A stretch of DNA of 63,357 bases, the filler included, from Octopus bimaculoides (lineage: Eukaryota), in NCBI RefSeq assembly GCF_001194135.2. It is 6 parts of 6 records of this genome, joined end to end, with 100 filler letters (N's around TTAATTAATTAA, not from the genome) between each part and the next. Parts side by side here need not be neighbours in the genome. Positions count along the whole stretch, not along the records: positions 1 to 24,005 come from NC_068989.1; positions 24,106 to 35,737 come from NC_068987.1; 4 more parts are not named here. One strand, given 5' to 3'. Both the position numbers and the translations under genes were made by a program. Position 1 is the first letter of the stretch. The number at the start of each line of letters is the position of its first letter. Below the pieces are notes generated by a model. It searched no databases. It saw only the letters and a program-made list of their open reading frames with translations, and had not been told where the DNA came from. This document shows, one piece after another, positions 11,811 to 25,439 of the stretch.

Positions 11811-12565
11811 TTGTTACTAAAACACAAAACTATACTTATGTGCCTGCATTAGGGAAAATATGTAACTTTGATCTCAAGTTGATTTGTTGCAGTTTACATA
11901 GTAACATGGCCAGGAAAGTCACAAAAGCCATAAAAGTGAGAAAATCACAGGCTTTTTTAAAAGTGATATTTCGTTTAGTGACGCAGAATTAAAAAAGATA
12001 ACATTGTTTATGAAGAATGTTTTCCTTCTTGATTCTGAGTTAATTAACAAAATATCATTGTTAAAGCAGGCGTGATTTTCTAATTTTCCATGGTTTTATG
12101 TGAATATTCTATGCGTACACGCAAGTGTTTATATATCTGAACGTTTGGCTTTGTCTATGTAGCTTCTTTTGTTTGTATATCTGTATTTCACAGTGTATAT
12201 TGTTAATATGTGTAGTCTATTAAGAAATTAAGAAATTATAAATGCGATGGGAATATGAAAATGTCACGACGCCAGAGTACATCCAAGTCCACTTAACTAT
12301 CCATCCATCCATTCATCCTTCCATCCATCCATCTTTTCAGCTCACTTGCCTTAGGAGAGACCTACCAGAAGTAACAGAGACATATTTTCCAAATGGTTCC
12401 CCGAACGTGACTAACTGATACTATAAATAAATTTCAAACACCTAATTCTTAGTCCATCCCTAGTTATTTGGCTCGATTTGAAATATCTTCCGATTTTTTT
12501 TATGTGATATTGCGTGGTGCTGGAGCTGTAACTTGTCAATGTGTATGTCGGACTTTGTCATAGGT

Positions 12566-12697
12566 GTGTATTTTCACCTTTTCGTTTCATAATTTTTATG
12601 AACTGGATTGACATGCGCACCCATGCAGACGACATGGTACTTCTTAGGTCATCAGGTGACATTCAGCATGCACTGAGTGCGGAAAGGCAGGGATGAG
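12566..12697 (+). mobile_element. RTE-type LINE RT remnant
   Basis: Translates CVFSPFRFIIFMNWIDMRTHADDMVLLRSSGDIQHAL, resembling the RT LSP..F and xADD motifs. Confidence 0.55.
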
Positions 12698-13408
12698 AGT
12701 AGGTGCTGAGTAACTGAGACGCACATATTTTCCCAAATCTTCTTCTTCTTCTTCTTCTTCTTCTTCTTCTTCTTCTTCTTCTTCTTCTTCTTCTTCTTCT
12801 TCTTCTTCTTCTTCTTCTTCTTCTTCTTCNNNNNNNNNNNNNNNNNNNNNNNNNNNNNNNNNNNNNNNNNNNNNNNNNNNNNNNNNNNNNNNNNNNNNNN
12901 NNNNNNNNNNNNNNNNNNNNNNNNNNNNNNNNNNNNNNNNNNNNNNNNNNNNNNNNNNNNNNNNNNNNNNNNNNNNNNNNNNNNNNNNNNNNNNNNNNNN
13001 NNNNNNNNNNNNNNNNNNNNNNNNNNNNNNNNNNNNNNNNNNNNNNNNNNNNNNNNNNNNNNNNNNNNNNNNNNNNNNNNNNNNNNNNNNNNNNNNNNNN
13101 NNNNNNNNNNNNNNNNNNNNNNNNNNNNNNNNNNNNNNNNNNNNNNNNNNNNNNNNNNNNNNNNNNNNNNNNNNNNNNNNNNNNNNNNNNNNNNNNNNNN
13201 NNNNNNNNNNNNNNNNNNNNNNNNNNNNNNNNNNNNNNNNNNNNNNNNNNNNNNNNNNNNNNNNNNNNNNNNNNNNNNNNNNNNNNNNNNNNNNNNNNNN
13301 NNNNNNNNNNNNNNNNNNNNNNNNNNNNNNNNNNNNNNNNNNNNNNNNNNNNNNNNNNNNNNNNNNNNNNNNNNNNNNNNNNNNNNNNNNNNATTATTAT
13401 TATTATTA

Positions 13409-13622
13409 TGTGGGTGACGAGCCAGCAGAATCATTAAAACTCCGGGCGAAATTTTTAACAGTATTTCGGCCGTCGCTACGTTCTGAGTTCAAATTCCTCC
13501 GAGGTCGACTTTGCCTTTCATTCGTTGGGTCTTAAATTAAGTACCAGTGAAATGCTGGGGCGATGTTATCGACTATCCTCCTTCCACAAATTCCAGGCTT
13601 TGTGCCTGTAGTAGAAAGGATT
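13409..13622 (+). mobile_element. SINE family B
   Basis: gacgagccagcagaatc...gagttcaaattcc..gaggtcgactttgcctttcat...gtagaaagg, flanked by (ATT)n on both sides. Confidence 0.85.
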
Positions 13623-13623
13623 A

Positions 13624-13661
<38 letters not shown>

Positions 13662-14843
13662 GTAATTATTATTAGTATTAGTAGTAGTAGTTGTTGTTGT
13701 TGTAGTAGTAGTAATAGTAGTAGTAGTTGTAGTTGTTGTTGTAGTAGCAATTGTAGTTTTCTTGTTGGTTCCACTGTTGTCATACACTTAGCAATTTATG
13801 TTTGAGACTTCAACAGCATTTGTAAAAGACAACATCACAATACCTTATTTAAATAACATAAAAGTCCAAGACTTACTCCCGAGTTGTTATTGCTTATAAC
13901 ATGATTATTGATTCATGTTGTTTTGAAATCAATATATTGATAGCTTAAACCACTGTAAACAGCCTTGCAAATAACCTTTAGGCATTCGATAGTGTGTGTA
14001 TTATCTGCCGTTATTTTTAATGCTATGATGAATAATTTGCTTTGTGAAAACTGACGTGGGTTTGTAAAAGCTTGAGTAAATGCCATCAAGCGATGCATTG
14101 ATAATCTATTGAACCATTTTCTATAATTGAATCACTTAAAGGATAAACAACAACAAATATATCTTATATAGTTGTGAGAGAACATACACGATTTTCTTTA
14201 TTAACTTGGCTACTGCAACCACGAAAAAGCAGCAATTAAACAGAATTCCTCCATTTTATGCCATCTAAACGCAACAGCGACCTCATCAATGATCTTTGAG
14301 GAAAATAGGAATACGACACCCTCAGCTGTGAAATAATATCCTGTCAATTATGACTCAAGTTTTAACCTCAACCGAATTTATTCATAAAACGTCCTTTATC
14401 AAATTAATTCCCGCTCATTGCATTTTTGCTTTTCATTAGAATCGTGTGTCCTTAGAAAATTAATGGGAGTGATTGGAAATCGAAGATTTTCTGTAGTTTT
14501 ATCGTTCCACCTTTCTGTCTTCCTTTCTTTCCGGTGTAATTTGATGTTTTAACATCTAAAGTCCACAAAGTAAATTCGGTCTGTTAATAGTTTGAAAAAA
14601 AAAAAATGTAAAAAAAAAAATTAAAAAGAAGCAGAAAAAAAAAATCAAGCTACATTCTTTTCGTAGAATTTGCAATAATTGTGGTGAAATTTCTGCAGGT
14701 GACGTATAAGTTCCTACAGAGATTATCGAAGAAGAAGGAGGAGAAGAAGAAGAAAACGAAGAACGAAAAGATGGAAGGGGAGGCGGAGGAGCAGAAGAAG
14801 AGGAAGAGCGATGACGACGACAACGATGATGATAATAATGATG

Positions 14844-14899
<56 letters not shown>

Positions 14900-16829
14900 C
14901 ATAATAAATAAGAAGAAAATAAGGAAGAACTGGAAGATGTAGACATTGAAGGAATCTGTAAGTGAATAGGTGAATTAACCTCAAGCTAAACCTTATATGC
15001 GCCGTGGATGGCAAAGATGTTTGCCTTGACATTGCAGCTCTTCATCAAAAACATTCGATAGTCAAGGGACAGTCAAAATCAATCACATTGCCGTAGAAGC
15101 AAATTTGGTATTTCTTCACTTTTCAAATGAAACTTCCTCATAATTTTTCTCTTCAACTTCGTGTTTTGATTAAGTTCTTTGTGCTGAAGGCTCAATATTT
15201 AAATAGCTATTTCCTAAAAGAAAGAATTCTAAAAAGTACATCAATAAACCAAACAACACGATATCAATAAAAAGAAACAAAAACAAAATAAAGCAAAGAT
15301 AAAACATATGATTCTCTCTTCTATAAGTCGATAACAAATCATCGCTTAACACAGCCTTGTCACGATATTGTTTTGTGTCGTTTATATATACAGTACATAC
15401 ATATATATGTATGTATATATATATATATGTATATAAATGAATGCATATATATGTTTGTACATATGGGTATATGTACATAACATACATTGATACATACACA
15501 CACACACACACACACAGAGACACACACACACANNNNNNNNNNTATATATATATATATACATATACACTCACATACAAAAATATATATACGCACTTTCGTT
15601 AGGTAAGTACGTACATATGTATGTGTTTGTACGTATCTATGTATGTAATACGTATGTACTTATGGATGCATATATGTGTAAATATATATACATATATTTA
15701 TTTATGTGTATGTGTGTGTATATATGTGTGTGTCTGTGTGTGTCTGTGTGTGTGTGTGTGTGAATGTGTATGTGTTTGTCTATGTATGTTTGTGAAAGAT
15801 GTTTAAGGAATCTTTAGCTGCTACAGTGAGCGTGTCCACGAACTTGTGTAAATCTACTTGTGTTTTCAGGCGCACCCTCTGGACGTTCTCCTCCTCTCGA
15901 GACTCGTTGTATTTTGCATTTTAGTTTTTTCTTTTTCCTCCCACGTATTATTGTGTGTTGATAAATCATTTCCGTATCCAACTCTTTTCAAAGACCGCTG
16001 TCTCCAAATAGTCAGTCCTCGGCAAAAACGCACTATATTTTAACCACTTTTGCATTTTCTCTCACAGAAATACTATCTCACTTGTTATTCTTACTTCTCA
16101 CTTTGTTATTGTTCTCCCTCTTGTTGGTGATATTTATATTATTTTTCCTTCTGCCTATCTTCATATTATTACTATTGCTTCTCATACAACTATAATTCAT
16201 TCTCAGAGCTGTTATTATAGTTATTCTCATTCCTCTTTTATTTTTCTTTAATTATATTTCTGTGTCGTTGTCAGTAATTTTTTGTCAGAATTCTTATCAT
16301 TGCTGACGATGAAAGGTGTCTTTATCATTTTATTTATAATTCTTAGTATCAGCACTAATTCATGAGAGTAACTTGGCTTTTATCTCTAGCAAGTCGAGAA
16401 ATCACATCGAGACTTATTCTTGTAGAAGTGCGTTACAGTATTTGCTATGATGATGATGTTGATGGTAAGGGGAGGTATATAATGATGATGGTCTTCATAA
16501 CGATCAAAGATGTTCTAGATGTACTCTGTCTTGTAATTTTTACCTTTCACTACATCGCCCACTGTAACCTTTTTTTCATTCTAAAAGTTTATATAACTTC
16601 TGAGAGTGATACTGAGGAGATTTGACTGCTACTTCTAATAGCTCCTGCAACAACTGATGCTCTTGTTTTGGCTCTTTATCGAAACTATTGTTGACGTAAT
16701 AGCTAGGGTGTTGGGATAACAACGATAATTTGGAAACGACTGACTTACTGTACTGCTTAGTATTCGCACCAGAAGCTCCAATATGAACATTTTAGGGTGT
16801 TTGGGTATCAGTCTGAGAAGAGTGCAATC

Positions 16830-17956
16830 TGAGGACATATACCGAGAGTGATAAAGATCAAACATCCAGCCAACATCATACTGTTTGGAGTGATCATTTG
16901 CGATGGCGACGTTATGCCTTCATTCATATTTCCACTCAACACGGAGGTCTACATGAAGTGGCTGGAGGAGGTAGTGCTGCTTTGGGTTAAGAGGGTGGCT
17001 GCTGGAAGACCCTATGTCTAGCAACAGGACTCCGCACCATGCCACAGAAGCAGAACCCAGTCATGGCTGTCAGACAATTTCTGCGACCACATCACCCCTA
17101 ACATCTAGCCACTTAACTCCCCAGACACTTAACCCCCTTGATTATTATGTGTTATTTCTTTACTACCCACAAGGGGCTACACACAGAGGGGACAAACAAG
17201 GACAGACAAACGGATTAAGTCGATTATACCGACCCCAGTGCGTAACTGGTACTTATTTGATCGACCCCGAAAGGATGAAAGGCAAAGTCGACCTCGGCGG
17301 AATTTGAACTCAGAACGTAGCGGCAGACGAAATACCGCTAAGCATTTCGTCCGGCGTGCTAACGTTTCTGCCAGTTCGCCGCCTTGATTATTATGTGTGG
17401 GGCGTAGTTGAGGGAAGACCAACAAAAGTCCTTGTAACACCAACGATGAACTGAAGGCAAGCATTATGGCAGCATTCANNNNNNNNNNATACCGACCCCA
17501 GTGCGTAACTGGTACTTATTTGATCGACCCCGAAAGGATGAAAGGCAAAGTCGACCTCGGCGGAATTTGAACTCAGAACGTAGCGGCAGACGAAATACCG
17601 CTAAGCATTTCGTCCGGCGTGCTAACGTTTCTGCCAGTTCGCCGCCTTGATTATTATGTGTGGGGCGTAGTTGAGGGAAGACCAACAAAAGGCCTTGTAA
17701 CACCAACGATGAACTGAAGGCAAGCATTATGGCAGCATTCACTAACTCGAACAAGGAGACCGTCCAGAAGAGTTGCAGGAGATTCCAAAGTCGTCTGGAG
17801 GCCGTGGTTGAATTCAATGGCAATTTTTTTGAATAAATTTACTCTGTAATATTTCAAGGTATTTTTATGTAATTTTGGTAAATATATTTGTTAAAATGGG
17901 ATGTCAGTGTTATTTTCTTTTTGCGTAATTTAAACGCAGTTATTCACTGCACCCTG
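16830..17956 (+). mobile_element. Tc1/mariner DD37D (maT-type) transposon, 3' part with right TIR
   Basis: KHPANIILFGVI..DGDVMP; GRPYV*QQDSAPCH; NPLDYYVWG; NTNDELKASIMAAF; RLEAVVEFNG. Ends ...ttattcactgcaccctg|TA. Confidence 0.85.
17153..17385 (-). mobile_element. SINE family B nested in the maT transposase
   Basis: Full-length copy flanked by the TSD GATTATTATGTGT (17140-17152 and 17386-17398), which splits the PLDYYVW motif. Confidence 0.9.
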
Positions 17957-18219
17957 TATATATACATATGAAACATCTACTTTTGCATCCTCACATGGAT
18001 CAGACATATTTCGTACAGTCGCATGCCCTTCTCATCACCAACCCTCACCTTTTTGCAATTAAGGTAATATTTCACCATGCCCGAACATCATCACGTGAAA
18101 CATTGAAAGCAAAGAATACCTCTTGCATGAAAGTGACACAACTGCTGTCTGATGTCAAGACAATGAGACCACAAAACACACACATGCACACACACAAGCA
18201 CACATAAATACATATACAT

Positions 18220-18295
<76 letters not shown>

Positions 18296-18387
18296 ATATA
18301 TATATATATATATANNNNNNNNNNNNNNNNNNNNNNNNNNNNNNNNNNNNNNNNNNNNNNNNNNNNNNNNNNNNNNNNNNNNNNNNC

Positions 18388-18600
18388 TTTATTTAAAAGC
18401 AGCAGAAATATAACAAAAAAACCGTTACTCTGAGTTTCACGTTCCCGTTCAAAACTGTCCGATGAACGGGAACGTGAAACTCAGAGTAACGGTTTTTTTG
18501 TTATATTTCTGCTGCTTTTAAATAAACCATATTACTCTACCTCTGGTATTTGAGTACTCTTTTTTCCACCTTGTTGCACATTTCATGTGCTTACTCCGGT
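18388..18600 (+). mobile_element. Fold-back hammerhead-bearing non-autonomous repeat
   Basis: 18388-18451 is a near-perfect reverse complement of 18463-18526. The right arm carries an extra ~70-nt tail. A hammerhead fold lies at 18451-18496. Confidence 0.85.
18451..18496 (+). ncRNA. Minimal type I hammerhead ribozyme-like motif (CCGAUGA core, GUA site)
   Basis: AAAACUGU CCGAUGA ACG-ggaa-CGU GAAAC UCAGA GUA ACGGUUUU. Helix I has 8 bp, helix II has 3 bp, and helix III is quasi-palindromic ACUC-A-GAGU. Confidence 0.75.
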
Positions 18601-18626
18601 ATATATATATGTATATATAAGGTTTG

Positions 18627-18938
18627 TATGTGTGTTCTACTATAGCCTCAGGCCGACTAAAGCCTTGTGAATTGATTTGGTAGAAGTAAACTGAAAGAAG
18701 CCCGTCGTATATACATATCTATATGTGTGTCCTTCTGTCTGTATTTCCCCACCACCACCACCACCACCACTTGACAACCAGTGTTGATGTATTTACATCC
18801 CCGATCCATGGAATAAGTACCAGGCTTTAAAAAATAGTACTGGTGTGGATTCACTCGACTAAAAACATTGTTCAATGCGGTGTCCCTGTATGGCCGCAGT
18901 CTAATGACTGAAGCAAGTAGAAGATAAAAGATAAAAGG
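18627..18938 (+). mobile_element. SINE family A, 5'-truncated
   Basis: ctactatagcctcaggccgactaaagccttgtga...cttgacaacc...atggccgcagtctaatgactgaagcaagta. Confidence 0.8.
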
Positions 18939-18962
18939 TTTATATACACACGTATGTATATA

Positions 18963-19430
18963 TACGGAGTTCAGCTGAAATATCAAAAGCCTGAGCATGA
19001 TACAATCAAGGAAAATACTAAATGAGATTTGTTATTCAAGATGGACCGATTTTGCGATCCACACACTTCTTCCATCGATGTTGTAATGCTTGAATCCTGT
19101 TAGTGAAGAAGGTGTAACAAGGTGGTCAAACAAAACGTCATCAACAATAGATATGACATCATCTTCATAGCGATATTGGTTTCCAGTCAAGTGTTTTTCC
19201 AGCTGAGGAACAGATGATAGTCAGGTGGGGACATATCAGGAGAATAGGGAGGGTGAGCAACTAATTCAAATCCACAGTCACGTACAGCAACCATTGAAAC
19301 CAAGCACTTGAGTGCGGGAGCACTGTCCTGATAAAACAAGACTCGTTCCCTCTGTTTTCGTGCAACTTGACACACTTTCGTAACTATATGGTCATTCAGC
19401 GACCATATAAAAACGTCAATTTTTGGAAAA
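18963..19430 (-). mobile_element. mariner (DD34D) transposase C-terminal remnant
   Basis: LFYQDSAPALKCLVSMVAVRDCGFELVAHPPYSPDMSPPDYHLF, matching the YSPDLAP.DY motif. Confidence 0.8.
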
Positions 19431-19463
19431 TACATGCTGCATTGTAGATTTTGTAGATGACGT

Positions 19464-19464
<1 letters not shown>

Positions 19465-19533
<69 letters not shown>

Positions 19534-19950
19534 AATGATGCAGGGAGTATGGTGAAGATTATGATGATGATAATGATAATAATATTGGTAATGATGGTGG
19601 TGGATACAATAACGATAGTTATGGTGATGATGATGGTGGTGGATACGGTAGCGATAGTCATGGTGATGATGACGATGATGGTGGTGACGTGTGTGTGAGC
19701 GTGTGTGTGTGTGTGTGTGTGTGTATGTGGTGACTATGATGATAAAGATGATGATGATGATGATGAAGATGGTGGTGGTGATAGTGCAGATGATAATGAT
19801 GATGGTGGTGGTGCTGATGATGATGGTGTTGGAGATCATGATGGCGATGAGCGTGTCTCTGTGTTGTCGATGATGATGATGATGACGATGATGATGATGA
19901 TGACGATGATGATGATGATGACGATGATGATGATGATGATGATAATTATG
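19465..19950. repeat. (GAT)n-dominated compound microsatellite with an internal (GT)n
   Basis: Read directly from the sequence. Confidence 0.95.
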
Positions 19951-21846
19951 ATAATGCTGATGTTTCTACTTGAAATTGTCAGAAAACATCGTTGCACTTC
20001 CTGGTGTTAACCGGAATATTTTCTTTCGTTTCTTGCGTTGTATTTGCATTTAATGGTTTCGTTTCTGTTATTATCGATGCGTTATATTCTTGTTAGTGTT
20101 GTTGCTGTTGTTAATAGATTTCAATCTTTCATTCACCGTTGTAATCTTTTACTGGCTTCACTCTTTCGATTACGCGCAAGCTGGTGCACCGCCTATCATA
20201 GATTTACTTATCGTTTTACCCATGTCAATGCATGCTGTTTTTATTGTTGTTGCGTTATTCTTGGTGTTATTGTAATTGCTGCCATAGTTGCTTTTGCTGT
20301 TTTTCTTGTAAGCATAGGTTATCTAGTTGTTTTGAGTGTCGGTCACGCTATACAAGTGTCTATCTTATCATCTTTATTAATACTCATATTTCTGAATGTT
20401 TTCTTTTCTGAGACATTGTTGACTCTGTTTTTTTTGTGATACTGTTTATTACAGCGTGTTTTAGAAGTTGCAGTTGTTATTGTGGGTTTGTTCTATCCAA
20501 TGGCATTGTATTTATCACTGTAAAACTTTTAATTAATTTCAGGTGTCATATCAGAATTGTCTTGTTTCTATTATTAGAAGAAAGCTCAAGGAAGCCAAAA
20601 CTAATTTAGCGTTTCCGAAATGATTTAATTCTATCGTTTAAATGGCAAAATCTTTTACGATAATCCTAGATAATTCCCTAACATATTAAATCAGATTCAA
20701 CAGAATCATGACAAGAAAACGTACATAGACACACACATACATACACACACAGAGACATGCAGATATATGTGTGCGCGTGTGTTTCTTTGCCTGTGTCTGT
20801 GAAATCATACACACACATTTACATACAAAATATTTCTACATATGTGTATAAATGAATGTAACCATATATTTGTTTCTGCGTGTGTGCATGCATAATTCCA
20901 GTAGCGTATGTGCGCACTCTAATGTGCGTGTGAGTGTATGTGTGCGTGCATGTACGTGCGTATACACAAGTGTGTGTTGTGTATTTTAAATAGTCATCAC
21001 TTTTTTGCTTTTGTAAGGAATTTTTAAATATAAAATAGTTCGTAATTAGCAATCTTCTTTTCAATAACGCGTTGACACATTTTTGTAATTCGAACTAATG
21101 AGCCAATATGAGAAGAAAAGCCAGTAAAAGGATATTTACTCAGTTGCCCAACACTCAAGAAAAAGCAACCAAATTAACTACTAATCACATTTCCTTTCTT
21201 AAAAGCAATAATAATTTTGGATAATGTAAATCAGGGTACTATACCAAGATAAACGATGGGTATATCAATGACTGAGCGCTACCCATTATAAGTTCGCTCA
21301 GTCTAGGCTCAAGCGAAGGCTAGCAACATGAACGATATATATATACCGCAAAGGATACTTTCACATGAAACCTGATACATGTTAATTTATATTTAAAAGA
21401 AGGTGCTGGATTATAAAACTAAGGAAAAGTGGACGATGTGCTTACCACCAACCAATATTCTGCCGCAAAGGGGCAAAAAGTTGGTTGTCAGTGCAACTAA
21501 GAATTTACTTGTAACCTTTAGATTTTGTCAGCCTATATATATTGTGGAAATAGTCAGTAGAAAGTGTGAGGTTTAGAAATCATATTATTTTAATCATACT
21601 CTTTTAAATTGATCTTCGATGATAGAGTAACTCAGTGCATGGCATTACTATAGAATATTTTATTCGCTTATCTGAAATATGGTTCATGTTGAAGTGTTTT
21701 ATAGAAATTGATCTTTCATATGAAGAATCTGTGGTGTACATCGTCTCGAATCTGAATAATGGGGAATTCAGCCTTTATATATGAACTAAATTAATTTTAT
21801 CCACAGGTAGAAACTGCAAAATAAGCTAAAGTTGTTTCTTACTTAC

Positions 21847-21876
21847 CAGTGGTCGGTCAAAATTTCTCGTTGGTAT
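21847..21876 (-). CDS. Candidate 30-nt microexon
   Basis: ctttctcttttAG|ATACCAACGAGAAATTTTGACCGACCACTG|GTAAGT. Strong acceptor and consensus donor; open as IPTRNFDRPL (phase 0) or YQREILTDH (phase 2). Confidence 0.45.
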
Positions 21877-23563
21877 CTAAAAGAGAAAGTTCAGATAAAT
21901 ATAGAGTGCTGCTTTTGAACAGCCCTTGAACGATAGTTTTTACAAAGATCGTATGCTGTAAATGTTGGCCTTTAAATATGACGTTATATAATAAGTAAAC
22001 TAACATACAGCTCGAGTTATACAGTACAAAAGTCTAGTTTTAATATCCACATGTTATGATACTCAAAAGTCTATAAAATATGTGATTTCTTCGAAACTTT
22101 TAAAATCACTTTATTTACTGGAACAGATTAAAACCTGAGCGAAGCACGTGGTTTTGTTGAGAATGTAGTCACCTAATTCACCCATAATTTTTTTCCATAT
22201 ATGAGAAAAAAAGAGAAATTTAATATGATAAAATATTGATATCACAAGCTCCACTTTCCTTATATCACATGCAATAATTTCTTCGAAACTCATCAAGCCA
22301 ATCTCTGTTAACGCATCAATAATCTTGCTGTTTGCTGTTTTTATATTAAGAAAGAAAAAACAGATAATTGCTTTGAAACTGATTTTAGTGCAAAATTTGA
22401 ACAAAAAGTCTTTATCATAAATGAACGCTGTTTTAGATACTTTAAGTAAAATCGTATATTAGCTTCCTTGTGTGAATTAATTAAAAATAGGTTGTTTTGA
22501 GCAAAAATTAAATTCTTGACGTGATAAAATTCTCATTTGGTTTCAATCCTTACCTGAAATTATTTTACTTCTATGAACTGAAATATGAATGGCAAACTGA
22601 TGGAGTTGTTTAGTTAATCGGATAGAAATAACTCGCTGCATTTGCTGGGCCCTTCCCACAGGGGACAACTTTGTCCCTTATCCATTTAGGATTGATAAGT
22701 TGAATATTAGTGTTTGACCTGTTTCTTCCCACTCTATGGTATCTGCTTCGTGAAGGAAGCAAAAAAGGAACAAGCACATTACGGCAACACCGGTCTCTTT
22801 TCTATCAAATTGTAAATATGATGAAGAAAGCATATTTTTAATTAATTGTTGAAAAAAAAAAACTATTTAAAGTTTAACGCGTTTCGTGCTTACTCAAATT
22901 ACAAAAAGTAAAGTGAACTATTAATTGATAATGGTCCATGAACTGAAATCACAGGCATTGAGTACTTGTTGTAAGTATATTCCCCCTCCCCGGATGCTAG
23001 ATAACGTCTGAAACACACATACGCGCGCGAACATTGTTACACTGCAAGGGAAAGAGCTGTAGAGTGCTGCTAAAAAAACAAAGCCCTGGTTCAGATACAT
23101 AAAAGGCATCACGTCAACATCAACATATGCGAGTGTCAAGCAAGCTGCCCGATAAAGTCTACTAGCAAAATCAGATATCCTACTAAAATTGATATTAGGT
23201 TTCGCCTCAGTTTTAATTAATAGCACTTCTTTCCCTCTTGCCTCTTAAATTATTACGCCTCTGTGCAAAGTAATGATGGTACTGTTTATAGCCTGTGGTT
23301 TATCACAGCGATACTTACGTTTTAACAAGCAAAATAAGTAAATGTATCCGTATCTTTCGGCGGGCTTCAAAAGTACATTAACAACATTAGAAATTTATGA
23401 TGTGTAGCTGTTCAGAGATGTCAATATGCTTTATTATATGAAGATAAAGAGTCGAAGTATGAAGGTGAAAACTAAGGCTAATTTGACAACTTGCCTTTCT
23501 CAGGAGCATTAAGAAAGTAAAGTTTTCATATAAAATTATCTATCTCAACCAAGAAATCAATCA

Positions 23564-23568
<5 letters not shown>

Positions 23569-23659
<91 letters not shown>

Positions 23660-23772
23660 CGCTATCTAGCTAGCTATCTAGCTGTCTGTCTTCCTACCTA
23701 CTTACTACCTACCTACCTACCTACCTACCTACCTACCTACCTACCTACCTACCTACCTACCTACCTACCAAC

Positions 23773-23825
<53 letters not shown>
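23569..23825. repeat. Compound (CT)n-(CTAC)n-(CTAT)n microsatellite
   Basis: Read directly from the sequence. Confidence 0.95.
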
Positions 23826-25439
23826 CAATTATTGAAAATACAATTATTGAAAATACAAACAAGAAGCACATATCATACAGACTTATCAACAAGAAAACGA
23901 AGCGACCGGAGAATTTCTCCACCCAAAAAATTGAGATTTGTCTCAAACCGATATGGCCCTTTCAAAGTCATGTTACTTGGGGACGAAAATTTGCCACGGT
24001 CCTAGNNNNNNNNNNNNNNNNNNNNNNNNNNNNNNNNNNNNNNNNNNNNTTAATTAATTAANNNNNNNNNNNNNNNNNNNNNNNNNNNNNNNNNNNNNNN
24101 NNNNNTGTGTGTCCATAATTTTCATGTGAGATATATATTTTCTTTTCCATTCTTTAATCGTGTTACCGTCTGTGATATCTTCTCGATTCAATACATTCAT
24201 TCCTCTTTCTCAATCCTACAATTAAATCTCCTTTGTCTCCGTCTTTTCTTTATTCTGCCTACGTGTTGGTTACTCAGCCACTATTTCACTTATATAAAAT
24301 ATTTAAAAAAAAAAAAATAATAATCTTACTACATTCTTACTGATATCAAAGTAGTTTTAGTCTGCCACCCTATGACTCATACATAACTTTGTACGGCATG
24401 TTCATTACATTTAATTCGTATTAGATTTATCTTCCACGTTTTTCTTTTTACTTCTAAGTCAAATGTGTTGAAATTTAAAGTGATGTCGTGTAGCTTTTCT
24501 ATACTTTTGCAATCATTGGTTCACACTTTTTAGACTTATATCGCTTTTCTTTCAAACACTTTTTAATATAATACGCTAAGATTTGTTTATAAATAATGTT
24601 CTCGTCATTAGCTCTTTCAAAGTGTGACGTTTCTGGTGTATTCAGTGAATGAACTTTTCTTCTAAGTAAAAGAAAAGTTTCTTACTGATTGCTACAAACC
24701 TAAGATTTATGTAAACTTTACCTTTCTGCAAAAAACAAAAATATTATTCACTATATGCCTCAGAAAGCGACAGAAGTAACTGGCCCAAAAGCTGAATAGT
24801 ACCTGGATCATTGGACGACAAAGGAAGACTACGGAAACCAAACCAACAAAATTAGTAGGGGTGGTGCAAGTTGAATAATTTCTGATTCTTCGTTATTTTC
24901 CTTCTGCCTGTTTGAGACCTTTACATTGCAAGTATTGCATCATCATTTATACTGTTGAGTTACAATTGGTCAGTATAGGTGCTGTAGTTCAAGTTGAGAG
25001 AGAGTTTGAAACCTCGGGGACGTAATTCTTTTTACAGAAACATTTTCCTTCAACTTTGACCCGATTGTAATTGAGAATAAAATATCTGGATAACATTTGG
25101 TGTTTCACAATCAAAATTCTTTTTTCCGTTGGATTGCAGGTCAAATTTCCCGCAATTTTCCCGTCCAGTTTGATAATTCTGTATTTTCTCCACAAAATGA
25201 TGCCTAAGAGTGGGGCAAAATGCGTAATGACTAATTTTAATAATTCTTTTTCTTTAATTGCATGGTGCGTAAATATAACAGGAACAGAGCTACACCGGCA
25301 GACCGCGAAAAAGAAACAGAAAATATTTTATTCTAAGTCTTTAGATCTAGTCCACTTTCGTTAATTTCACACCATGTGCTATTTTCCCCAGGATCCTCTT
25401 TAATTTGCCGGTTGGCATGTAACTGATTCTCAAGGGGAA

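Noticed and set aside
17490-17738. Apparent tandem duplication of the SINE plus maT segment (copy of ~17229-17478)
   Set aside because: Near-identical sequence on both sides of a 10-N gap; most likely unmerged overlapping contig ends or haplotypes.
22111-22404. ORF faintly resembling a mariner N-terminus
   Set aside because: No TIRs or catalytic motifs.
22545-22560. AG|GTAAGG juxtaposition on the minus strand (recursive splice site-like)
   Set aside because: Weak polypyrimidine tract; not distinguishable from chance.
24050-24061. TTAATTAATTAA islands between N-runs (also 35782, 51874, 56662, 61917)
   Set aside because: An identical 12-mer with stops in all six frames, always inside gaps; an assembly linker, not biology.
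24686-24725. Strong minus-strand acceptor with possible 4-nt or 40-nt exon; also a 15-nt candidate at 26743-26757 and a 61-nt candidate at 29643-29703
   Set aside because: Splice-like signals are common by chance here; the 61-nt candidate has stops in all frames and the others lack independent support.
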